Source of the DNA: an archaeon
Lineage (GTDB): Archaea; Thermoplasmatota; Thermoplasmata; WALJ01
Length of the DNA stretch: 62,906 nucleotides
NCBI GenBank assembly: GCA_024278375.1
Contig: JAJRTH010000093.1
Span: 1 to 62,906 of the forward strand
Direction: 5' to 3'
The translations under genes and the position numbers were made by a program. Each line of letters begins with the position of its first letter. The first letter of the stretch is position 1. Below the pieces are notes generated by a model. That model had not been told where the DNA came from. It saw nothing but the letters and a program-made list of their open reading frames with translations, and ran no database searches. Positions 1-9,880 of this stretch are shown here, one piece after another.

Positions 1-60
1 AACGAATTTTTAAACCAGAATTCGAATCAAAGATTCGAAACAGATGCTCGCCGAAACTTC

Positions 61-146
61 AGGGAACTCGTGGACATACGTCTACGCTTCGCTACGCCCA
101 AATTTTCCTCCGGAAAACTTCGCATGTCCACGAAACCGTTAACCCT
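61..146 (+). mobile_element. attC-like imperfect inverted repeat (putative integron cassette recombination site)
   Basis: AAC at 65-67, then TCGTGGACAT (68-77) pairing with ATGTCCACGA (124-133), then GTT at 138-140. This is the AAC...GTT bounded hairpin layout of attC sites, although the R'' box deviates from RYYYAAC. Confidence 0.5.
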
Positions 147-172
147 AGCGACCTCCAACCTTTTATCCTCTC

Positions 173-1051
173 CTACTCATACCACCATTCCAGAGAACGA
201 TTGAGGAGCGCTTCCACCTGACGGCTGTATGGGGCGTAGTACTCTATCAACTTTTTCCTTATCTTTGCCTTCATCGGCGGATACCCCTCCCGATACAGGA
301 GCCGACCAAAGAACTTCCACACAGGGCTCATGTGGTTCTCCATGAAGAACTTGAACTTCAGACCGGCCCTGTTGTCGAATATGATTTTCTTAACGAGTCT
401 GTCGGCTAGGTCAGATTTCGGGGTTATGCCCACATTGTGCTTTTCATGCCATTTCTCGCTTCTGAAATCCGGATCGACTCCGAGGAACTCGAAGACCTCT
501 CTCATGACCTTCTCGGGATTCTCCCTGAGGTCCCTGTGGATAAGAATGAGAATCTGCTCATCCGGGAAAACTTTTCTGAACCTTTCTATATGCTCCGCAT
601 ATCTTCCTCTAGTGAGGTATGAGAGGCGGACAGCGTCCATTCCCTCCGCATTTCCTCTTTTCTCCGCCTCAAATGCCCTTTTTATGGCCTCCTCGAAGCT
701 CAGTTTCTCCCTCCCGCTCCTGTTGACCTCATGCCAGTACTGCGAATATGCCCTGTCAACGGGATGGCGCAGGATGAATATCAGCTTCGCATCCGGCAGG
801 AGCTTCTTTATCCTTTCCGGTACCTTTTCGTCATACATGTAGGAAGGAGATGCCTCACCGATGGCCTTTGCGCTCCCCGCATTCCTGAACCTTCCTTCGT
901 ACCATTCCACGCCCCTGCCATAGTTCGCAGTGAAGAAATGCAACTCTTTCTCTGTGGAGACCGCTATTTCCGGGTGTTCTTTAAGGAAATTGAAAAGCGC
1001 CGTGGTCCCGGCCTTTTCCGCTCCGCATATGAGAAATGTCGGCAGAGGCAT
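173..1051 (-). CDS. Sulfotransferase family protein
   Basis: PAPS-binding motifs FLICGAEKAGTT and ILRHPVDRAYSQY. Confidence 0.9.
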   Translation of the reverse strand: MPLPTFLICGAEKAGTTALFNFLKEHPEIAVSTEKELHFFTANYGRGVEWYEGRFRNAGSAKAIGEASPSYMYDEKVPERIKKLLPDAKLIFILRHPVDRAYSQYWHEVNRSGREKLSFEEAIKRAFEAEKRGNAEGMDAVRLSYLTRGRYAEHIERFRKVFPDEQILILIHRDLRENPEKVMREVFEFLGVDPDFRSEKWHEKHNVGITPKSDLADRLVKKIIFDNRAGLKFKFFMENHMSPVWKFFGRLLYREGYPPMKAKIRKKLIEYYAPYSRQVEALLNRSLEWWYE

Positions 1052-1071
1052 GAAAAACCCTATTGCGCTCC

Positions 1072-2175
1072 CTATAAATCCTTTTCCATGTTCTCATAGA
1101 TTTTCAGGAGCCTTTTCACCATGTTCTCCCAGTTGTACTCCTGTTCCACCAGTCTTCTTCCGTTTTCTCCGAGCCTCTTTCTGAGATTCTCGTCATCCCT
1201 CAGCCTTGCTATGGCCCTCCTTATTTCATCCGGGTCGTCACCATCCACAATCAGGCCTATCTCATGTTTTTTCACGAATTCCGCCGTGAAACCCACATCG
1301 TTCACAATAACCGGTATTCCGCATGCCATGGCCTCGAATATCTTCATGGGTACGCTGTAAAGTATGGGTGCATGGTTCTTAGGATAGACCACATAGAGCG
1401 CGTCTATTGTCCGATATCGCTCCGGAACCTTATCCACGGGCACGAAGCCCCGAATCTCTATGCTGCCATTGCCTCCGGCCATCTCCCTCAGCCTGTCCAT
1501 ATATATCCCCTCTCCACCGATTACCACCCTGACTCTTTCCATGCCTTTCACGGCCCTGAAAAGCATCTCGAAAGGGGCCGTCCACCTTATGTTTCCGAAG
1601 TGACCCACCACAAAGCCATCGTGCTCCTTTCTCACGGGTTTGAACCTGTCCTTCTCCGGGCAGTTGTAGACCACCGTTGTCTTCCTTTTCATACCGTAGT
1701 ACTCACCGAAATAATCGCACGGGACCTTTATCCTGTATGAGAATCTGGCGAGGAAACGGTCCGCCTTTGACAGGGAGCGCCTGAGAAAACCGTCGGGGAA
1801 ATCCAGATAATAGATGTCTAGAACATCAAAGACAAGAGGTTTTCCGTGCAATTTCGACAGAAGAACGCCTATGGGAAGAGTGTACTGGTCATAGCAGTGC
1901 AGGGCATCATAATCCCCGGGTTTCAGGGCTTTCAACAGCCCGAGATAGTACAGGGGCATCCTTGCGAATATCTCCCCCATGCTGCCATAGGGTGCCTTAA
2001 CAGATATGTTCACGACCTTTACGCCTTCCACTGTTTCCATTTCAGGTCTCCTGCCGCTCCTGTCCCATGCGTATATGGTCACATCGTGCCCGGCATCCAT
2101 AAGGCTTTTCGCCTGACGATAGACAGCGGGATGTGGATTGAACTCCTTGGCGAAGAGCATGGCTATTCTTACCAT
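1072..2175 (-). CDS. Glycosyltransferase family 4
   Basis: GT-B C-terminal motif PMKIFEAMACGIPVI; start moved to MVRIAM at 2175. Confidence 0.9.
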   Translation of the reverse strand: MVRIAMLFAKEFNPHPAVYRQAKSLMDAGHDVTIYAWDRSGRRPEMETVEGVKVVNISVKAPYGSMGEIFARMPLYYLGLLKALKPGDYDALHCYDQYTLPIGVLLSKLHGKPLVFDVLDIYYLDFPDGFLRRSLSKADRFLARFSYRIKVPCDYFGEYYGMKRKTTVVYNCPEKDRFKPVRKEHDGFVVGHFGNIRWTAPFEMLFRAVKGMERVRVVIGGEGIYMDRLREMAGGNGSIEIRGFVPVDKVPERYRTIDALYVVYPKNHAPILYSVPMKIFEAMACGIPVIVNDVGFTAEFVKKHEIGLIVDGDDPDEIRRAIARLRDDENLRKRLGENGRRLVEQEYNWENMVKRLLKIYENMEKDL

Positions 2176-2258
2176 TCGTGGTGTGAATTCTCCCTGCGTA
2201 TTTGTATGTTCCGCATTTCTCTCAAAAACTTCTTTAACCACTTCTCGCATTCATCACC

Positions 2259-3014
2259 GTGAAGATAGTCGCCATAATGACAAGGGATTTCCGCCTGTAC
2301 CACGGTCTTGTCAGAGAGATGAAGAGAGCGGACATGCGATACATAACCCTGGAACCTGGTGAGCCCATACCTCCCTATGTCGGTCTTGTCATAACTTCCG
2401 AAGAAGAGTGCGGTTCCGTTGGTTTCGACAGAAAGATATGCGTCTCCGATCCTGAAAAGGGAGTTAAACAGGCGCTCGTCTACCTTACCGGTACCGAGAA
2501 GTGCAGGAAGCTCATAATCGGCGTTGACCCCGGAAAAAAGCCGGGAATTGCCGTTATCTGCGACGGGAAAATTGTCGAGAGGATGCAGGCCCTGAATCCA
2601 GAGGACTGTCTGAGGGTAATCGAGGATGCGCTCTCCTCCAGGACCTACGATGCAGCCACAATCAGGATAGGGCACGGCGACCTCACGAACAGGAACCGCA
2701 CGATAACCGTTCTCAGAGAGCTTGGACTGAGAATGGAGCTTGTGGACGAGAGCCACACCACGAAGCTCACGAAAAATGCGGATATAGATGCCGCCATAAG
2801 CATAGCGTTCACGGAAGGCGTCAAGATAAGGGAAATGTACGATATTTCACCATCTCCCGGGGAAATAAGGGAGATACAGAGAAGGAGCAGGATGGAGAGC
2901 ATAGGCGCTCTGACAATAGGAAAGGATCTTGCTGACAGCGTTGCGAGGGGGAAAATCACCATGAAAGAAGCGATAGAAGAGCAGAGGAGGAGAAATGAAG
3001 AAAAGAGAGCTTGA
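2259..3014 (+). CDS. Conserved archaeal hypothetical protein with RNase H-like motif
   Basis: IIGVDPGKKPGIAV motif; overlaps the next gene, operon-like. Confidence 0.7.
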   Translation: MKIVAIMTRDFRLYHGLVREMKRADMRYITLEPGEPIPPYVGLVITSEEECGSVGFDRKICVSDPEKGVKQALVYLTGTEKCRKLIIGVDPGKKPGIAVICDGKIVERMQALNPEDCLRVIEDALSSRTYDAATIRIGHGDLTNRNRTITVLRELGLRMELVDESHTTKLTKNADIDAAISIAFTEGVKIREMYDISPSPGEIREIQRRSRMESIGALTIGKDLADSVARGKITMKEAIEEQRRRNEEKRA

Positions 3015-3597
3015 GATAAGGCTGCAGAGGCTCGAGAGGTTTGTGCCCGAACATCCCGTGCTCGAGCAGTACGAAACACCGGCAGGTATCGCCGCGGACA
3101 TGCTTTTCTTCGCCTATTCCATGGGAGACATAGAGAACAGGGTTGTATGTGATCTCGGCTGCGGTTCAGGGGTTTTTGCGATAGGTGCCTGTGTTCTCGG
3201 GGCAAAAAGGGTCATCGGCGTCGATGTGGACGGGAAAGCTCTGGACATTGCCATTAAAAATGCGGAATATGAAGGTGTCAGCGTGGATTTCATACTACAG
3301 GATGTGAAAAGCTTTAATATGCAGTGTGATACCGTGATTCAGAATCCGCCTTTTGGCTCTCAGAACAGACATGCGGACCGCCCTTTCATAGATAAGGCCA
3401 TGGAAATCGCGGATGTGGTCTATACCCTGCATCTCGAAAAAACCGCTCTGTTCGTAAGAGAATACGTGGAATCGAAAGGCGGAAAGATAAGCCACGAGCT
3501 CACCTATGAGTTCCCGATCAAACACATGTTCGGCTTCCACAGGAAGGAAGTGATGAAGTTCAATGTAAAGATGTTCAGAATAGAGGTAAACAGATAG
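2995..3597 (+). CDS. METTL5-family RNA m6A methyltransferase
   Basis: LEQYETP, DLGCGSG SAM-binding motif, NPPFG catalytic motif. Confidence 0.9.
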   Translation: MKKRELEIRLQRLERFVPEHPVLEQYETPAGIAADMLFFAYSMGDIENRVVCDLGCGSGVFAIGACVLGAKRVIGVDVDGKALDIAIKNAEYEGVSVDFILQDVKSFNMQCDTVIQNPPFGSQNRHADRPFIDKAMEIADVVYTLHLEKTALFVREYVESKGGKISHELTYEFPIKHMFGFHRKEVMKFNVKMFRIEVNR

Positions 3598-3610
3598 AAG
3601 AGGTGTAAAA

Positions 3611-4180
3611 ATGAGCGATTCGAAGAAAAAAGTGGTATTGCCCGGCGAGGTCGTCGGAACCAGCGAGGAATTCCTTCCGGGTGAGGGAACATTCGAGGAG
3701 GACGGGAAGATAATATCCTCGAACCTCGGCATTGTTAAGTACAACGAGAAGGACATGAGCGTCAGCACGGAACCCCTTAATCCGATTGTCACCGTGGAAA
3801 AGGGAGATATCGTGATAGGCGTGGTCACAGGAGTCAGGGAGACCATGGTCATCGTAGATATAAAGAAGGTGGAGGGAAAAGACAGAGGAATAACAGGAGA
3901 AACCCTAGGAACCATCCATGTCTCCAAGGCTTCACAGGGATATACGAAGGATCTGCGGAAAGAGTTCAGAATAGGAGATGTTCTCAGGGCCAAGGTCATG
4001 CAGGCAAAGCCGTCCATCCAGCTTACCACAGCTTACCCGGAATACGGTGTGGTCAAGGCGCTGTGCACCAAATGCAGAGCCCCGATGCTCAGAAAAGGCA
4101 CGATGATGTACTGTCCGAAGTGCGAGAGAACCGAGACACGGAAGATATCCTCGCTTTACGGGAAAATGATGAGCTTTTAG
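3611..4180 (+). CDS. csl4: Exosome RNA-binding subunit Csl4
   Basis: VLPGE..EEFLPGEGT N-terminal domain, S1 domain, C-terminal Zn ribbon (CTKC..CPKC..ETRKIS). Confidence 0.93.
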   Translation: MSDSKKKVVLPGEVVGTSEEFLPGEGTFEEDGKIISSNLGIVKYNEKDMSVSTEPLNPIVTVEKGDIVIGVVTGVRETMVIVDIKKVEGKDRGITGETLGTIHVSKASQGYTKDLRKEFRIGDVLRAKVMQAKPSIQLTTAYPEYGVVKALCTKCRAPMLRKGTMMYCPKCERTETRKISSLYGKMMSF

Positions 4181-5352
4181 ATGCTTTCCACAGCCATTAT
4201 CATTTTCACTGCTCTGACCGTTTCCCTGACATCATGAGCTCTTATGATGCTCGCTCCTTTTGCCGCAGCCAGAGATGCCATAGCCACTGATGCTTCCAGT
4301 CTCTCTTCCACCGGCAGGTCAAGGGTTTTTCCGATGAAGCTCTTTCTCGAGGCTCCTATGAGCACCGGATATCCCAGAGACCTGAACGCTCCCACCTCCT
4401 TCATTATCTGAAGGTTGTGCTCCACTGTCTTTCCGAACCCTATTCCCGGATCGATGACGATGGATTTCCTTTCTATGCCTGCCTTTACGGCGATCTCCGT
4501 CTGTTTTCTCAGAAATTCGATTACTTCTCCCACCACATCACCGTAGCTGGGATTTTCCTGCATGTTCTCCGGGTCTCCCTGCATGTGCATTATGACGACA
4601 CCGACACCGTGTTCTGCAATGAGCTCTGACATTCCCTCCTTTCTCAACCCGTAGATGTCGTTTATCATATCTGCTCCCGCATCTATCGCCCTCTCCGCGA
4701 CCTCGGGTTTGTAAGTATCAACGGAAATGATGACATCGGTTTCCTCTCTGAGGGCCTCGATCACGGGTATTATTCTTTCCATCTCTTCCGCCGCGCTCAC
4801 TCTCCTGGAGCCCGGTCTGCTGGATTCCCCTCCGATGTCAATGATATCCGCTCCTTCTTTCACCATCTGTTTTCCCCTTTCCACGGCCCTTTCGAAATCA
4901 TGATATTTTCCCCCGTCTGAAAATGAGTCGGGAGTTACATTCAGTATTCCCATGACGGCGGGCAGTCTCATCTTCCTGCCTTGCAGGGCGAAGGCACTCT
5001 CCTTTTCATAGTTCCCAATCGTTTCTCTTATTTCTTCGGCGATTCGCTTTCCGTTGAAGGGCTGATATTCCATCTTCTTCGTCAGGATCTCGATCTGTCT
5101 CTCGGTGAGCAGGAGGACGGCGTCGGTGCTGTCCGTATTCAGCCCCAGAACGGCCCAGCTGAGAGCGCAATCACCGCCCACGGAGAGCGCTTCCTGTTTG
5201 AGTATTATGGCGTCCTTTATGGGCACATTCTCGAGTTTTATGATGTAATGTCTTCCCTTCTTACTCATAAGATCGATGCCTTCGGGGGAAACACCGATGC
5301 TTTCCATGAGGCTTTTCAGCTTTGCTTCGTTTCGTATGTGGGCATTGAACAT
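4177..5352 (-). CDS. folP: Dihydropteroate synthase with N-terminal extension
   Basis: MGILNVTPDSFSDGG, IDIGGESSRPG, DPGIGFGK, SRKSFIG motifs. Confidence 0.95.
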   Translation of the reverse strand: MFNAHIRNEAKLKSLMESIGVSPEGIDLMSKKGRHYIIKLENVPIKDAIILKQEALSVGGDCALSWAVLGLNTDSTDAVLLLTERQIEILTKKMEYQPFNGKRIAEEIRETIGNYEKESAFALQGRKMRLPAVMGILNVTPDSFSDGGKYHDFERAVERGKQMVKEGADIIDIGGESSRPGSRRVSAAEEMERIIPVIEALREETDVIISVDTYKPEVAERAIDAGADMINDIYGLRKEGMSELIAEHGVGVVIMHMQGDPENMQENPSYGDVVGEVIEFLRKQTEIAVKAGIERKSIVIDPGIGFGKTVEHNLQIMKEVGAFRSLGYPVLIGASRKSFIGKTLDLPVEERLEASVAMASLAAAKGASIIRAHDVRETVRAVKMIMAVESI

Positions 5353-5588
5353 CAGAGACCTCCCAGACGCTCCATCATCTCCCTGTATGCATCCATACTT
5401 ATTCTGCCGGCATCCCGCATGACCTTGAACATTTCAATAATAATCTGCTTTATCTCTTCTTTTTCCTCTCCGGCTTCCTCGAGCAAATCCTCAAGTTTCT
5501 CGTGAGCTGTTTCAGCTCCTGCCGCCAGTTCATCCACAAGCTCTTGCAGTTCTTCCTTCAGTGTCTCAACCATCTCTTCTCCGGCCAT
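5352..5588 (-). CDS. Small acidic helical hypothetical protein
   Basis: 78-aa Glu-rich ORF starting MAGEE; stop overlaps the folP start. Confidence 0.6.
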   Translation of the reverse strand: MAGEEMVETLKEELQELVDELAAGAETAHEKLEDLLEEAGEEKEEIKQIIIEMFKVMRDAGRISMDAYREMMERLGGL

Positions 5589-5669
5589 GTATGTACATCG
5601 GGGTTGAATTAAAAATCTTTTGGATGGACAATAAACTTTAAGCCCCCTTTCCAATCACCCGCTGATAAC

Positions 5670-6764
5670 ATGAAGAGAACAGCGCTTTATGATGAGCATG
5701 TCAGGCTAGGAGCCAAGATGACGGAGTTCGGCGGCTGGGAGATGCCGGTTATGTACGATAGCATAGTAAAGGAGCACATGGCGGTGAGGGATCATGCGGG
5801 AATCTTCGATGTTTCCCACATGGGCGACCTTTACGTGAAGGGAAAGGATGCCGGGAAATTCCTCAGCCATCTGACAACAGGAAACTTTGAAAGGATGGAT
5901 GTTGGAGATGCGAAGTACGCTCACATTCTCAGCGAGGAGGGGAAAATAAAGGATGACATGATTGCCTATCGCCTTTCTGAAGATGAATATCTCTGCATAC
6001 CGAATGCCGGCCCGACACCCGTGATTGAACAGTGGTTCGAATCGCATATGGGCGGCTTTGACGTGAAGATGGAGAATTACACCGATGACCTTGTCTGCAT
6101 AGCGCTTCAGGGCCCGAATGCTAGAAAGATAATGGAGGGGATATCCCCCGAAGCGGCGAAGGTAAAGTTCTTCAAATCGGGATGGGTTGATCTGGGACTG
6201 AAAAAAGAGAGTTGCAAGGGTTTTCTGGGCCTCTTTTCCGAAAAATCCCTTGTTTCGGGTACCGGATACACCGGCGAGGACGGCTTTGAGATAATAGCTC
6301 TGGGAGAACAGGGTGTGGAACTCTGGAACATGCTCACAGAAAAGGGAGTCCAGCCATGTGGTCTGGGTGCAAGAGATACGCTGAGGCTTGAAAAGGGCTT
6401 TTTACTCTCGGGTCAGGATTTCAACGAGGACCGGACCACCTTGGAAACGGGCTGGGACTTCATAATCGAATGGGACCATGATTTCATAGGAAAAAAGGCG
6501 CTGGAAGAGCAGAAAGAGCTGGGAGAGCACGATCTCTGGACCGGCATAATCCTAGAAAAGGGCATAGCCAGACATGGCTCTGCTGTTTACAAGGACGGAG
6601 AAAGAATCGGTGTTGTCACGAGCGGCACCAGATCGCCGGTTCTCGGAAAAGGGATAGGCATGGCCTATCTGAAAAGAGAGAGTGCTAAAAAAGGAGAGTC
6701 CGTTCTTGTGGACATAAGAGGGAAGATGGCGGAAGGCACTGTGACCAGGCCGCCTTTCGTCTGA
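5670..6764 (+). CDS. gcvT: Glycine cleavage aminomethyltransferase T
   Basis: FGGWEMP, FDVSHMG, TGYTGEDGFE, GLGARDTLRLEKG. Confidence 0.95.
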   Translation: MKRTALYDEHVRLGAKMTEFGGWEMPVMYDSIVKEHMAVRDHAGIFDVSHMGDLYVKGKDAGKFLSHLTTGNFERMDVGDAKYAHILSEEGKIKDDMIAYRLSEDEYLCIPNAGPTPVIEQWFESHMGGFDVKMENYTDDLVCIALQGPNARKIMEGISPEAAKVKFFKSGWVDLGLKKESCKGFLGLFSEKSLVSGTGYTGEDGFEIIALGEQGVELWNMLTEKGVQPCGLGARDTLRLEKGFLLSGQDFNEDRTTLETGWDFIIEWDHDFIGKKALEEQKELGEHDLWTGIILEKGIARHGSAVYKDGERIGVVTSGTRSPVLGKGIGMAYLKRESAKKGESVLVDIRGKMAEGTVTRPPFV

Positions 6765-6766
6765 TA

Positions 6767-7108
6767 TTATATCTCTTCTATCGTGTTTTTCATATAGCTT
6801 ATTATCTCTTCTTCTTTGTTCTGTGTGTTTACTGCAGCCACCAGGATTCCTTTCATACCCCCCGAGACTATGAATATCTTTATTCCTCCCGTTTCGACGA
6901 CCACGTATTCGGGGTTCGGCTGTCCGAGTTCCGTAGCTGCCGTTCCGGCCGCACCCAGAACGGTCGCACACATTATGCTGAAGGTCTCTGGATATGCACC
7001 CTCCAGCACCTCGAGATATTTCGGCATTCCGTCCCTGGTAATGAATCCCGCTGCAATGACGGGAAATTTCTTTTTCATATCTTCTATTATATTATTTATT
7101 TCAGCCAT
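6767..7108 (-). CDS. Roadblock/LC7 domain protein
   Basis: GFITRDG and ETFSIMCATVLGAAGTA..EL pattern; 113 aa. Confidence 0.8.
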   Translation of the reverse strand: MAEINNIIEDMKKKFPVIAAGFITRDGMPKYLEVLEGAYPETFSIMCATVLGAAGTAATELGQPNPEYVVVETGGIKIFIVSGGMKGILVAAVNTQNKEEEIISYMKNTIEEI

Positions 7109-7114
7109 GTTCTC

Positions 7115-7543
7115 TCACACTCCTTTCCTCTCTAACCTGAACACGCAGTTCTCATCTCCCTTGCTCTCACACTCTATTTCCTCGCAGTTGAAACCGTCAT
7201 TGTAATAGTTTTCATATACTCTCTTTATGATGCCTTTCAGGAGATGACAGCTCTGCGCTCCCTTTCCTTCCTCAACCTCTATTGAGCCGCTTACAACGGC
7301 TTTGTTCTCGGAGAACAGGACCTTCTCGGCCCAACCTCTTCCCGCCAGGAGATTTGCCGCCACTTCAAAGTATTTCTCCTTTTCTCCTTCCGAGCTTTTC
7401 ATCGCTATCTCTGCAATATTGTCCCCGAGAACCTCTCCTTCTCTGAAAAAGAGACCGTGACACGCATAGGACATCACACTCTCGTATATCTTCCGTATGT
7501 CGAGAAGCTCGTCTCTGGAAATCCTTATGGTACGAATCGGCAT
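7115..7543 (-). CDS. V4R (4-vinyl reductase) domain protein
   Basis: GWA..SIE..CHLLKG and EIECESKGDENCVF signature. Confidence 0.85.
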   Translation of the reverse strand: MPIRTIRISRDELLDIRKIYESVMSYACHGLFFREGEVLGDNIAEIAMKSSEGEKEKYFEVAANLLAGRGWAEKVLFSENKAVVSGSIEVEEGKGAQSCHLLKGIIKRVYENYYNDGFNCEEIECESKGDENCVFRLERKGV

Positions 7544-7754
7544 CAAAACCTGTATGGACTGGATGTTTATAAAGTTTCCTTATTGGCGGACAATCTTTAC
7601 TGATTCAAGGACTTTTAGAAAATTAGTATTGTCAAAAGAAATCTTTATCTTCATTGATTGATCTGTGTTTCGAAGCCAAGGTTCTGACCCTGGAGACCCT
7701 CTGCGGAACAAAAGCGCGGGAAAATCAGGAGGGCAGTCGCACCTTCTTTCCTTT

Positions 7755-8657
7755 TTACGCCACAAGAACGACCCTACTAGGCCTGTACTCCATAACGACT
7801 TCCCTTCCGGTATGCCCTGCAATCTTTTGCCCGAATTCCCTTATCTCCTCGTGAGAAGGCATGTTGTCCATCGTCATCCTTTCCCTCGAGTAGCCAACGA
7901 AGACGTAGCCTTTTGCCTATATGAAATCTGGGTCCGCTTTCTCGATGAGCTTCGCATATTCTTTTTCGTGGCCTTCCATATTCCAACCTTTTACCAGAGT
8001 ATGCCTTACGACCGTCCTGGTATCGAGCGAAGGGAGGAGTCCAAGGGTCTCGTTAAGTCTTTCCCACCCATCGCTTATCATGGGAACTAGGAGCCGATTG
8101 TAGAGGTCCTCGTTGGGCGCCGCGACGGTGACATAAAGCTGTGTCGGTAGGGGGTCGAGGTTCTCTATGGCCTTCGGGAGGGTTCCGTTGGTGACCAGGA
8201 AGGTCGTCATGCCTCTTCTGTGGGCCAGTTCTATGAACTCCCCGAGTCTGGGATAGAGGGTCGGCTCTCCGCTGAGGGATATGGCTATCTGGCTCGGCTC
8301 GTAGGCCTCATCGAACATCTCTCTCTTCACCCTCGAGTCTCCTTTGAATCCCGAAATCAGTTCTCTCTGCGCTCCGATTAGCCCATCCAGTATGAATTCA
8401 GGGTCGTCGACCTTTTTGAGGGCGGTTTCCGTGAACGCCTGAAATCTCCAGCAGAAAAGGCAGTTCTGTGTGCACTGATTTACGGCGGGAGACATCTGAA
8501 GGCATCTGTGAGACTGTATCTCGTAGAATACCTCCTTGTAGCACGGCCGTCCCCTGACCAGCTTCTCTTTAAGCCAGTGACACAGTTTGACGCCGCTGTG
8601 CCCACCTACGATTCTGTAGTGCTGTTTTTCCAGTATCCTTTTGAGCTCGGGCTCCAT
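7755..8657 (-). CDS. taw1: 4-demethylwyosine synthase TYW1/Taw1 (radical SAM), interrupted by in-frame TAG at 7917-7919
   Basis: VKLCHW, CYKEVFY, CTQNCLFCWR; the same frame continues past the TAG as DFI*AKGYVFVGYSRERMTMDNMP...SRVVLVA to TAA at 7755. Confidence 0.9.
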
Positions 8658-8666
8658 CGTATCCTC

Positions 8667-9431
8667 CTACATCTCCGGGTATTTGCCGTTTTTCATGAAC
8701 TGCAGACTCCTTATTCCGTCATCGATTCCTCTGTCCATCTCGAGGACGAGATTTCCTCCGTATCCTCCGAGAGCATTCAGCAGCCTGTCCCAGTCTATGG
8801 TCCCTTCACCAAGGGGAAGGTGCAGGTCCGCCTTTCCGTCATTGTCGTGTAAATGCACGTTTCCGAACATTCTCCTGTGTTCCAGAAATGCCTCCATGGT
8901 GCCCGTCGTGTTGGCGTGTCCCGCATCAAAGCACCACTTTATCTCCAGACCTTCGGTCATCTCCACAATATCTTCCGGCCGCTTGCCGACGGTTATGAAT
9001 GTATCCGGCATGTTCTCCAGAGCAAGGATTATTCCATTGTCCAGAGCGTGTTTCTCAAGGATTTCAAGGCTCTTTTTCGTCTCTTCCCTGACTCTTGGAG
9101 GATCCCTTAAAAGAGGCGTTTTAAAACCGGGATGGATGGTCATGATCTTCACTCCCAATCTTCCCGCGGACTCGATGGCCTTTATTATCTCGTTAAGAGC
9201 GCTCTCCCTCATGAATGGATTTCCTCCCGCGATGTTTATGTCGCTGAGAGGTGCGTGTACCTGTATCTCAAGAGGGCGAGATTCCAGGGCCTCCGCGAGC
9301 TTCTTTTCAATGCCCGGAAGATACAAAGTTCCCTCCGCGGTTATCTCCCATCCTTCGAAGTTCCTCTCTACGAGTTCGAAGACCCTCTCGAAGGGCATGT
9401 TGCAGAACGATGCGCTCGATATCATTATCAT
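8667..9431 (-). CDS. Sugar phosphate isomerase/epimerase (AP endonuclease 2 fold)
   Basis: HAP, HPG, LENM, FDAGHA, HLHDN..DLHLPLGEG motifs. Confidence 0.88.
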   Translation of the reverse strand: MIMISSASFCNMPFERVFELVERNFEGWEITAEGTLYLPGIEKKLAEALESRPLEIQVHAPLSDINIAGGNPFMRESALNEIIKAIESAGRLGVKIMTIHPGFKTPLLRDPPRVREETKKSLEILEKHALDNGIILALENMPDTFITVGKRPEDIVEMTEGLEIKWCFDAGHANTTGTMEAFLEHRRMFGNVHLHDNDGKADLHLPLGEGTIDWDRLLNALGGYGGNLVLEMDRGIDDGIRSLQFMKNGKYPEM

Positions 9432-9797
9432 TCATTCACCTGTGAAGGTCAGCCAGTGGATGAGCTTTGTCGGGTTCTCATCCCTGATTTCTATACCTAT
9501 TTCGCCCAAAGCCGGATTGGTGCCTCCCAGAGATATCTTTCCCATGAATGCGGCCTGCTTGCTTATGCTGAACTTTATCCTGTCTCCCTCAATCTTTCCC
9601 ATGAGAAAGTGCCTTGCGGTGTCCCTTATCCTGAGGTCCCTCAGTATCTCCTGAAATCTGTCCAGGGTGTGTGTCCTCGCCACTATCTTTCCATCCGATT
9701 TTTCGATATCCGCATCCGGAAATATGTTCAGCACAGCCTTTCTCACCTTTTCATCGTCTTCCGTGTTGTGGACCTCTGCTTCTATGCTAACTTCCAT
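9432..9797 (-). CDS. UPF0201-like predicted RNA-binding protein
   Basis: TEDDEKVRKAVLNIFP, IRDTAR, KQAAFMG; start at MEVSIE. Confidence 0.8.
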   Translation of the reverse strand: MEVSIEAEVHNTEDDEKVRKAVLNIFPDADIEKSDGKIVARTHTLDRFQEILRDLRIRDTARHFLMGKIEGDRIKFSISKQAAFMGKISLGGTNPALGEIGIEIRDENPTKLIHWLTFTGE

Positions 9798-9880
9798 GGG
9801 GGTGCGCATCCGTATCCTTATTTTAATCTTCCGTGTCGCAAAACCTATTTTATACCCGCCGATTTCCGCACGGTGATTTC

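Noticed and set aside
7720..7757. Possible second premature stop in tyw1 (VVLVA*KGKKVRLPS)
   Set aside because: The protein is already near the expected length; this cannot be told from a normal stop without an alignment.
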